Shown here in pieces: positions 13,885 through 23,676 of a stretch of DNA of 64,000 nt; the first letter of the stretch is position 1; each line of letters opens with the position of its first letter. The notes beneath the pieces are model-generated. The model did not search any database, was not told the origin of the DNA, and was given only the letters and a program-made list of their open reading frames with translations. The position numbers and the translations under genes are program-made. This DNA is from Yuukianura sp. NJ FZ-2021 (taxonomy: Eukaryota): NCBI GenBank assembly GCA_046563655.1, contig CM102284.1:4092001-4156000 (forward strand), given 5' to 3'.

Positions 13885-14017
13885 TCGACTTTACGACTTT
13901 CTACAATTTACATTTTTTTTTCAATTTTACAATTTTTGTGTAAGTTTTACATTACGATTATTGGACTGTTTCGGCGGACAAGCCTAATGCATTTGTACGA
14001 GCTGAATTTTTTAGTAC

Positions 14018-15055
14018 TTAGTTTTTAGCTTTCTTCGATGTCCCTTGTGAGCTTCTGCGTCCTTTGCGCTTGCCTGGAAGTCGTCGAGATGGGGACTGGA
14101 CTTCATCTTGCCCCATTTCACTGTCAAGTTCCTCATCTGAAGCGTCAGCAACTCCGGATGTGTTCGACTGCAAACGTGAAGGAGTTGACGCGGTTCGACT
14201 CTGGCTTCGCGTCGTCATGCGTGGTGAAACAAGTGATATCGTAGGGGTCGCAGTCGTATCGGAAGACACAATTGGACTGGCAACGTCTGCTGAAGCTCCA
14301 GACTGCTTCGGGACCGCCACTTCCGTTTCGTCGATTTGGTTGTAGTTGACCTCCGCGCTAGCAGTATTTGCCTGAAGTTCATCCGCTGGAATCGGAGTCG
14401 TATTTGCTTGCAGTTCATCCGCTGGAAGCGAAGTCGCATTTGCTTGAAGTTCATCCGCTGGAATCGGAGTCGTATGTGCTTGAAGTTCATCCGCTGGAAT
14501 CGGAGTCGCATTTGCTTGAAGTTCATCCGCTGGAATCGGAGTCGCATTTGCTTGAAGTTCATCCGCTGGAATCGGAGTCGTATGTGCTTGAAGTTCATCC
14601 GCTGGAATCGGAGTCGCATTTGCTTGAAGTTCATCCGCTGGAATCGGAGTCGCATTTGCTTGAAGTTCATCCGCTGGAATCGGAGTCGCATTTGCTTGAA
14701 GTTCATCCGCTGGAATCGGAGTCGCATTTGCTTGAAGTTCATCTGCTGGAATCGGAGTCGCATTTGCTTGAAGTTCATCCGCTGGAATCGGCGTCGTATT
14801 TGCTTGAAGTTCGTTCACTGGAATGCGGGCAGGAAGAGTTGCCAAGTCTTCCCGGAATGCTTCCATGTACGGCGTCATGGTGTCCCGTACGATTCTGTCC
14901 ATGACTTGTTTGAAAAGAGGAGTTACTTCGTCCAGAGGCATGTTACGCGATTCTGCCCATGCGAGCATCTCCGCCTCAATTTCTGGAGTCAGCCTTGGTA
15001 AATCTTGGTCCATTTGGACTTGTTCCTGGGCGGAAGTTTGGTTATCATCTGCCAT
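14018..15055 (-). CDS. Intronless 345-aa orphan ORF with 13 x 12-aa repeats and a basic C-terminal NLS-like tail
   Basis: ATG-to-stop ORF with unique sequence on both sides of the repeat; (IPADELQANATP)n; C-terminus 'RRLPGKRKGRRSSQGTSKKAKN'. Confidence 0.6.
   Translation of the reverse strand: MADDNQTSAQEQVQMDQDLPRLTPEIEAEMLAWAESRNMPLDEVTPLFKQVMDRIVRDTMTPYMEAFREDLATLPARIPVNELQANTTPIPADELQANATPIPADELQANATPIPADELQANATPIPADELQANATPIPADELQANATPIPADELQAHTTPIPADELQANATPIPADELQANATPIPADELQAHTTPIPADELQANATSLPADELQANTTPIPADELQANTASAEVNYNQIDETEVAVPKQSGASADVASPIVSSDTTATPTISLVSPRMTTRSQSRTASTPSRLQSNTSGVADASDEELDSEMGQDEVQSPSRRLPGKRKGRRSSQGTSKKAKN
14362..14826. repeat. 36-bp minisatellite, ~13 near-identical units
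   Basis: Unit GCATTTGCTTGAAGTTCATCCGCTGGAATCGGAGTC repeated, with variants such as GTATGTGCTTG. Confidence 0.97.
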
Positions 15056-15426
15056 CGCTTCTGCTAGAACTGGCTCACTACTCGTAATCAGTCAAAAGAC
15101 GTAGCACGATAAATTTTCGAACGATTCTGAGAAGCGATGCGCGATGAAGCGATCATCGACCGAGCGAACCCAAGTGCAGTAGTAGTGAAGTGGATCAGTT
15201 TATTGTGCTGCTCGGGTTGTTGTTAACAACATACTGAAACCATCAAGCCGATGGCGTTACCATGGTAACAGATATCAAAATTTATGGCTGCTAATGCTAT
15301 GTGCTACAAGTAAAGTCTAGAACACAAAAAAAAATTCCAAAACCAGTGCAGTGTTTTAACATTTTTAAAATAATTTTTAATTTGTAAATCACAACAACTC
15401 CAGCTGTACTAAAGGTTAGACGTAAA

Positions 15427-15606
15427 GGACATGTCCGGATAAGAGATTTCTGGGCCCTCGCGAAGCCTTGCATTGCGTGAGATAGGAGTTGAGATGAGAG
15501 AAATGAATGGGAGTAAATCACCATGTAACTTCTCCTATCCCACACCATGCAAAACTCCCATTGGGCCCAGCTCCCATCTCTTTCTTAAGCTTATCCGGAC
15601 ATGTCC
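15427..15606. mobile_element. 180-bp MITE, Spy-like (copy 2)
   Basis: Same sequence as 4167-4346, again AAA|element|TTT, with different outer flanks. Confidence 0.85.
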
Positions 15607-15799
15607 TTTAAGAGTATTTTTAGAATATTTAGTTAAGAATGAGCTGCTAAATTTTGAGACTTCCAAGTGACATGTCATTTCTCGGGTGTCAAGAGAAACC
15701 AAAGTTTGTGAAACGAAAATGATAGTTGAGAAATGAAGTAACGTAATGGTTATGTTGCTGGACGTTGCTGTTATGGGACATGGATTATTCACAGAATAA

Positions 15800-18700
15800 T
15801 TATGGGGTAGCAGGGCACAGGTTGACTGCGGCACATGCTTTTCCTTTGTCAGTGGCCTGAGCCAACAAGCTGAGCAAATACGGACCATAGTCTTCAATCA
15901 ATTCTTTGCACTGAAAAAAAAATTCAAAATCGCTCTTCATTGCCGTCACAATGCCGTCAAGAACTAAAAAAGAGAAATCAATGAAAATTCTTACGTCCTT
16001 CTCATGATTCCTCGGCAACAATGGACAAACTTTCTCAACCAACTTTTCAATGGAGGTGTCCACAGTGGGGTCATCCAGAAAGGCACTCAAGTAGCTCGCA
16101 ATGAGCTCACAGAGTTCGCATCTATTCATGTTGGTCAAATCCATCGCAACTGCAAAGTCCAAGGTCAAATTCAGCGATTGATATTATGATAAAGTAGAAC
16201 TAATTACGTACATTCTTCTTCACTAGAATCAGAATCCAATTCAAGTCCCCCGTTGCAAAGCTTGAGTTCAGTGCAAATTCGTCTCGGTTCCATCTGATGC
16301 GTGAGATAATTTATCACGGTATCTCCGTACTGTTCAATGAAATCGCGACAGGAAGTCCGCAGCGTCCGTGGTACCCATTTGCAAACTTGCTCCACAGTTT
16401 CCTTGATTTCCTCCTAGACATGAAAAATTGAAAATTAACAATTGTACGAGGGAATCTTTTAAAAATTACACTGACCTCTGTGGCGTTGTCAGTCAGCATT
16501 GAATCCAATCTCGTAATGACAAATTCGCACAGTGGGCACGAAGGTTTCTCATCTACTGGGTCTATCCTTTCCAATTCATCGTTTACCATGACCTGTTCGC
16601 CTCTATTCATGTTGGTCAGATCCATCGCAACTGCAAAGTCCAAGGTCAAATCCCAGCAATTGATATTATTATGATAAAGTAGAAGTAATTACGTACGTTC
16701 TTCTTCACTGGAATCAGAATCCAATTCTAGTCTCCCGTTGCAAAGCTTGAGTTTTGTACAAATTCGTTTAGGTTCTACGTTATGCGAGAAATAATTGATA
16801 ACGGTTTCTCCGTACTGTTTGATGAAATCACGACAGGAATGCCGCAGCGTCCGTGGTACCCATTTACAAACCACCTCAACAGATTCCCTGATTTCCACCT
16901 ATTAATAGACAAGAAAAAATTAAAAAGTGTGCTAGCGGATTTTTTAAAAGATAACACCCACCTCTGTGGCGTTGTCAGTCAGCATTGAATCCAATCTCGA
17001 AATGACAAATTCGCACAGTGGGCACGAAGGTTTCTTATCTACTGGCTCCATCTTTTCCAATTCATCGTTTGCCATGACCTGGGGCATGTAGCGGTCAAAC
17101 GGCAGCCCAGCTTCCACCACGAGTGGCACATTTGGAGTGTTCTGAGTTGGCATTGGTGATCCTAGTAAGCAAAGTCCAATTGCTGTGCAAATTCCATGGG
17201 CTGTTCCATCAATCAAAATCATTTCAGCAACTTTGTCTCCGTATTCCTTCATAAAAGTGAGGCATTCTTCCTTGTAGTGAGTTGGAATAACGTAACAAAC
17301 TCTTTCCATTGCATGATCAATTGTTTCCTGAAAACAAAAAATACCTATATGAGAAAAGGCGGAACATGAATGGGAAATAGTAGTATTAACATCTTGCCTG
17401 TGTTCTGTTCTTCCCTGCGAGCAGTTCAAAGATCTTGCCAACCGTGAACGTACAAATTCCACACGTCGGAAGGATATCCGACACGCCTTTCTTGGCAACG
17501 ACGGACGCTCCAGTCATCTTCTCCGCAGGAGTCAGCTTGACCATAGGATACTCCCAGACCAGTTGCTCGTCATCTCCAGTCAATTTCTCCGCCGGCTGGA
17601 GCTTTGTCATTGGATAAGTGAATCCTGGCTGATGGGAAGGCCGTTCATCGTCACCAGTCCATTTTTGTGCAGGCTCAAGTTTCGTCAAAGAAGCATCCGA
17701 ATGCAGAATTGTCCAAAGTGGAGCTGGATTTGAGGCGGAGCTGAAGAGCTACAGAGACAACAGACAGAAAAATCTACTTATATAAAATCGAGACCCTGTT
17801 TATCTGTGTGTGTGTGTGTGTGTTCCACTACTCCTCCGAAACTACTGGACCGGTTTGGACAAATGAGGTGTCCTTTTCTTCGTGAGGTCACCCCGAAGAG
17901 CATAGGCTATGTGACATCTTGACCTGTGACCTTTGACCCTTGACCTAGCGCGATGACCTCACAAAATCGTACCAAACACAGGTAAGTGACATGTCATTCG
18001 AAAGCAGAGGTCAAATGCAGTCGATTGATGCATGACACATTGACCTGTGACCTTTGACCCAGAGCGGTGACTTGACATAGAATTAAGCCGAACATAGGCA
18101 TGTGATATATCATTTGAACGGGGAGGTTGAAAGGAGTTGATTGTGGTATAACACGATGATCTACGACCTTTGACCCTTGACCCAGAGCGGTGACCTCATA
18201 TAGAATTAAGCTGAACATAGGCATGTGATATGTTGTTCGAAAGGGAAGGTTCAGAATAGATTGACGTATGACGCACTGTCCTGTGACCCTTGACCCTTCA
18301 GCCACAGCGGTGACCTCATATAGAATTAAGCTGAACATTGGCATGTGATACGTTGTTCGAAAAGGGAGGTTCAAAGTCAAATGCAGTCGATTTATATATG
18401 AGATTGACCTGTGACCTTTGATCTATGGCGGTGACCCCATAAGAAGTACATACAAACATAGGCCTGCGATATATCATTCGAAAGAGGCGGTCAAATGGAC
18501 TCGGTTGATCTATGGCGCGTTAATTTTGTGACCTTTGGCACCAAAAAGAATTAAGTTCCACAGTAAATTGTTGTCTCTAATTAATGTTAAACATTTAATT
18601 GGATGGACGGGTAGTTGTAAGGGATTTCCGCCTGGGCAAAGGGTAGAGAAGGATAATTTTCATAAAAATAGTCCAAGCGGGTCCGGTATCGCAAATGGGT

Positions 18701-20869
18701 AGCAGCGGGTTCCCAAAAGTGATACATTGTTCTATGTGTGTTGGCATACACTACCACAAAAGCTAGCCCCGCTTTCACAAGCGGGTATCATACCTTGTCC
18801 GAATATAAAAGGTTTTAAATCTGTATTCTTTTAGCGCTTGATTTACCTTCACTCTTCCTGCAATTGAACTGGTCTGATTACATTGTTCAATGAAGATGCA
18901 AAAGTTCACTGGATCCAATTCCTCGACAATCAAATTATAAACAAGGTCTCCATATTCATTTGCCATCTTCAAACACTGTAAACACATTACAATACTTTAA
19001 ACAACAGAATCCACGGGAATTCGTCATTTCTATCTCTACTTGCTCTTCCTTCCGTACCTCCTGAGCATATTTTCCAGTTTGTTTACAAAGTCCCGTGATG
19101 ATTTCCTTGAATTCTTCTTTCGTCGTGTCAGACGTGAACCACTGCTTCATGTAACTTACCAATTGCTTGCAAAAGTCACATTGGTAGTCCGTCAATGGTG
19201 GTCTCAAGGCTTGAACGCCATTTGGAGAACCCTCAACTTTGACCTTTAAAACGTAAACAAAAGGAAAGTTTATTAGTTTTTGACAATACAATTGCATTAG
19301 TTTTATATTAACATAAACTCTGTGGTTAGTATTGAATGAACTTCGAATCTTCTCAAAAACAAACATAAATGTACTTACTGGATTGAAGGAAACAACTTCG
19401 CACAAACCAATCACACCGCAAGCTTCAACAGGGCTTAGCTCATTCTGGACGTAATCATAAATAGAATCGATGTTATCCATTGCTGTGGCGCGACAAGCAT
19501 CCGAGTAGCTCCCAAGGTGTCCACAGACCTGAAACACAAAATTATTTCGTAAACCTTGGATTCTATTTCAGTAAAACTACCGAATTTACATACTTCAAAG
19601 ATTTTATGGAGCAACTGATCCTTGGTCAAATTCTTGATAGTGTCAACGAACTTTCCGACATAGTGGGAGCATTTTGGACAAGAATCTTCCATGATGTCAA
19701 AGCTGCCAGAATCTTTCGTCTCTTCAATTTCCTTCATTTGTCCAAGCATTTCATCTATGCGAATGGAATTGCAGAGTCCAGAAACAGCGCAAACTGCTTG
19801 TGGATCCATACGGGACACAAGGGCGTCAATGAGTTCCGGAATAAACTCATCCGCAAGTTTGGAACATTCATCGGAAACTATTTTAAGGGGGATGAGTTTG
19901 CAGCTCCCTTCAAGGACTTGACGTAGCTCATCCTACAAACAAATCATCGCAAATCAGTTGATTAGTTTCATAAATCCATTTTTCAGCAAACACCCACTTG
20001 TGTTTCGTTGCTCAGAAGTTGATCTCGAGCTTGTTTGACCATGTCCTTGCAAATGTCGCAGACATCGTCGTTGTCTTCGGGCAATTTCATGTGTTCCCAT
20101 ACTCGTCCAATACAGTGCTTCACTGCTCCACACTCCTTCGCCTGACTGAAATTGAATTCATACAGAAAATTAGATTAACAGTTACCAAGTGGTTTACAGC
20201 TTCCTATTTTCATCGAATGTCATAGCGCTTGGATCTTTTCATGCTCATTTCAGGAGCTACATAGCAAAGCAAAAGCCTTTGAGAAAAATGTTGTTGCAAA
20301 TCGAGAAGTGGGGATAAGTGTTTTGGAAAGTTTAATCTCTGCTGTCAAGGCTCAAAGATTACAACAACAAGCAATGAACTCAGAGGTCACATGAAGAAAA
20401 AAACAAGAGAGATGAGCCAAACCCTGCTGCGCCTCTAAGAAAAGACTACGCAGCGCATCTTCAATGCTTCATTACTCGACAATTGGTTATCGTAACTTGA
20501 TTGGTCACAAGTCATATGAGTAATGAACGCTGTTTTTACATCTCTTCGACGGAAATCCAGTTGACGAACCGTTTAAGGTACTATGATAGGGAAAAGACTT
20601 GTATCTACTTAATTACAAATTACCAGTTTCTAGTACATAATATCGACTATAATTTCCGAATTCCGTTGAGGTTTAGGCACTTACGTAATGTTGTGACACC
20701 AATATGCTGGTCCTCTGGTACACATTTTGGTGCCAAACAGTGGCCGGGCCGTAGTAACATCAACTTCGACCTCATTTTCCGTCGGTTCTTCGTAATTGAC
20801 AACGTAGGGACTGGATGTCACAACTGAAAATGTAACAAACACCAAACAAATTAGTATAAGAGCCTTCAT
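15800..20869 (-). CDS. PSAP: Prosaposin / saposin-related multi-SapB precursor (~13 exons)
   Basis: Signal peptide MKALILICLVFVTFSVVTS, SapA motif 'LFGTKMCTRGPAYWCHNIT..AKECGAVKHC', and successive six-Cys SapB domains (CDICK, CPKCS, CDFCK, CGICT, CPLCE x2, CELCE) ending 'KACAAVNLCPATP*'. Confidence 0.93.
16122..17080. repeat. Tandem ~480-bp duplication inside prosaposin (two exons plus introns = one extra SapB domain)
   Basis: 16122-~16594 matches 16603-~17080, including intron text 'ctattcatgttggtca..tccatcgcaactgcaaagtccaaggtcaaat' and exon 'KPSCPLCEFVI(T/S)RLDSMLTDNATE'. Confidence 0.92.
17773..18797 (+). mobile_element. Non-autonomous Helitron-like element in prosaposin intron, with (TG)n microsatellite and ~120-bp internal tandem repeats
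   Basis: Starts A|TCTACTTATATAAAA; (TG)n at ~17803-17822; 3' hairpin CCCGCTT-tcac-AAGCGGG (18768-18785) just before terminal CTTG|T; no TSD. Confidence 0.7.
17880..18540. repeat. ~120-bp diverged tandem repeat, ~5 units
   Basis: Recurrent 'tgacctttgaccc..agcggtgacctca..gaattaagc.gaacataggcatgtgata...ttcgaaag..gaggt(t)ca'. Confidence 0.9.
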
Positions 20870-21196
20870 CGTGACTTGTTTCAGATGAGGTTCTGGAGTG
20901 ATCTGAAGATTGAGCTAATAAAATCTTTTCAAAATGAAGAGTTAACTCTTGAGCTGGGGTAGTTTCGACACTCTTTGGCTTTGCTTTGCTAAGTCACGCT
21001 ATCATAGTTTTTTAAGAGTTACTTTGCTTCTAGGGTTGGCGTTTTTCTATTCGTCCTCTGAAAAGACTTCCATGGACTTGTTTAGATTGTGACTAAGAAA
21101 CGATGACCTCATTGTCAGCAGCCAAACAATTGACTCGTTTTGTTCCTTATGACTATGACAGTGATTTGCACTGTTCTTGTACATGCTTTAATCTGG

Positions 21197-21348
21197 ACTA
21201 GACGGAACCCGTGATGTTTACACATCACGATGACATGAAGGAAGGATGAATTTGAACATTTTGTCAAAAATCCGCTAGCTTTTTCGTTTGACCCGAGGTA
21301 TGACCTAGGTAATTTCGTGATGTGTAAACATCACGGGTTCTGTCTAGT
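21197..21348. mobile_element. Short inverted-repeat element with 34-bp arms, each a hairpin plus terminal CTAG (Helitron/Helentron-like ends)
   Basis: ACTAGACGGAACCCGTGATGTTTACACATCACGA (21197-21230) versus TCGTGATGTGTAAACATCACGGGTTCTGTCTAGT (21315-21348), one mismatch. Confidence 0.65.
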
Positions 21349-22385
21349 TGAATCGAAAATGTATTGTAAAGGCTGGGGGGGCAAGCCCCCCCAGACCCCC
21401 CCCCCTCTTTTTGGCTTTTGAGTTGAGATGGAATTTTTGGAAGTCTGTGCTTGGAGAAGTAATGTAAAAGGTACACCCCAGGATCGTTCCACTCTTCCAC
21501 ACACAGAGTTTTTTGCACATATAGTTTGCATGGTCATGCTGTTAACATTGGGACGACCAACACTCGTCAATTAGAGTATGATTTTACATAAGGAATTTCA
21601 GCTAGCTAGTAAGTTTGCACAAAGCACAGAAACATGAAACGAATCTAATCTTCTAAATCCGATGCAAACTTTGTTTTAATGTAAACATTGGCGCAATTCC
21701 AGTAGTACTACTTCTTAATTAGTATTTTCAAAAGCAAACATAAGTTCTTAGACGCTATTATTCTAGATATCTTTCCTTCTGAGAAACGTTTACAAACACA
21801 AGCATTGTAAACGCTCCTTAGAAGCATGTAAAGATTCTTTCATCGGTCGATTTCCTGGAAAGGTCACGGCTGTAAATCTGTCACAAAAACAAGGACGCAA
21901 CTTTATCAAAACCGCAAATGAATCATTTGAACTATTTCCGCATCATAATAAATTGTGGTAAACAAAAGGAGTCTTGCAATTTTATAGCGAAAGTGAGCCA
22001 GAGGAATTTCCTTCTCACTGTTCAATAAAACTTATTATGTAACTTTATGTTAGAAACCTACTATGATTATGATTTTAATTACCGTTATCTTCCTACTATC
22101 AATTTCAAAAGCGTATGACCGATTGCCGTTAGATTGAGCTTCCTTTGTAATTTGTGTTTCGTGTATTACAGTAACAAACAGTATAAACAAAAACTAGTAA
22201 AATCACAATTTGTGATTGTACTGCCATTATTCATTAACAACCTTAATCTGAAATCCAAAGTATACTAAATAAACATGAGTGACCATGTCACAGATTAATG
22301 TAAGTTGTTCTCACCTGAAGTAAATACGACCAGAAGTATCATTGACCCGAGTGAGGTCATTGTGTTTGTATTCATATATGTTAGC

Positions 22386-22626
22386 CGAAGCACGCCATAA
22401 TCTAAGCAACAAAAATCTAAGCACGCCAAAATCTAAGCATGATGTTATAGTGGATTTGGATTAGGTTTGGCTAATTAGGTTAGTTAGGTTAGGCCTGAAT
22501 TAACGTTAAGGTAGGTTTGGTTAGCATAGTTTCACTGCTAACTACGTAATTTAGCCTGCTTAGATTGTAGGTTGCTTAGATTTTGGCTTGCTTAGATTTT
22601 TGTCGCTTAGATTATGGCATGGACTC
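22386..22626. mobile_element. Mutator-like (MULE) MITE
   Basis: Long imperfect TIRs built of AATCTAAGCA / TGCTTAGATT units; 9-bp TSD TATGTTAGC at 22377-22385 and 22627-22635; TTAGG-like core. Confidence 0.85.
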
Positions 22627-23676
22627 TATGTTAGCTGCCCTCCTTGATGCTTCAGCTCGTCCTTTCGTCAGACAGCTTAACCGTAGTCTCCTCTTCTCTT
22701 CGCTGAGAACCGTACGTTGTACGTATGAGATTCTTGAGTCGATTTGGTGACCTCGACCGTTGACCCGAGATCAAATTCAAAACATCAGTAACAATCCAAA
22801 ACTGCGTTCAATTCCCGAATTCCCGCGTAGCTCCATTTGAATTCGCAATGTTTGAGTCCATAGTTAAAAAGGAAGTCGCTAGATAGCAAAACTGGCGTAA
22901 AACCACAAAATGAAGTAATTGTCGATTCAAATTGAGAAGGATATGGTTGTCAATTTAGCTGAAGTAATCAAAATTAAGTAATTCATTAGCAATTTTATGC
23001 TCTTAATATGTAACTACTTTACTAACTAAAAGTGTTACAAAAAACTATTGAATATGAATGTTTTATATAGCATAAATAAAATTTCCAAGTTTCAGGGTGA
23101 CAATGACGGGGAGTTTGTACATGTACGAAAACACAGGTAGGTCAAACTCAAGTGTTTTTTCATTAAAACGTTGTGCTAATTTCTAACTTCTAGTTGTTTT
23201 TGCGGTTTGCCGAAGTTGAAAAGTAAAAAATTCAACTTAAACTTCCATCAAGAGTTTAACTTGGTGTAAAAAAAGGACCTGAGAGTTGAATTAGGATTTT
23301 ATTATTATTAAACCCGTGTTACATCTTATCCAACGCTGAACCTTATCAATAAACCTACACAAACAATCAACTAAAATACAAAATGTGATTTAACTTTTTC
23401 GTTACTTCATCCTGCTTTCATCATGCAATGGACTTTCTACCCTACTTTATTTTTTTACCAGAATTGGTTCTCAAGGCTATCTGGTCCAGGAACGTTGTTT
23501 TTGAGCTTAAAAACTCATCATTTGAAGTCTGACTTCAAAATAACCCCATTATCATCATTCGCAGTTTACGAGTCAAACTGATGGGCGCGTCTTCGTCTCA
23601 GTGCTTCTGCTAAACCAGAATTTGCTATTTCATTTGAAAATATTTCCAAGAAACTGTGGTTGCAGTGTTTGCAACT

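Noticed and set aside
14362-14826. 36-bp repeat as a CRISPR array
   Set aside because: Units are head-to-tail with no unique spacers, there are no cas genes, and the context is eukaryotic.
14215-15001. Three additional long ORFs overlapping the 36-bp repeat (MNFKQMRLRFQR.., ICLKFIRWNRSR.., LEVHPLESESH..)
   Set aside because: The 36-mer lacks stops in several frames; only 14018-15055 extends well into unique sequence on both sides.
16122-16168. Repeated N-terminus 'MTLDFAVAMDLTNMNR' in two ORFs
   Set aside because: Translated duplicated intron of prosaposin (ends ...AATAG acceptor), not coding.
17994-18380. 128-aa ORF with repeated 'YHMPMFSLILYEV'
   Set aside because: Artefact of the 120-bp tandem repeat in the Helitron-like element; no transposase or Rep motifs.
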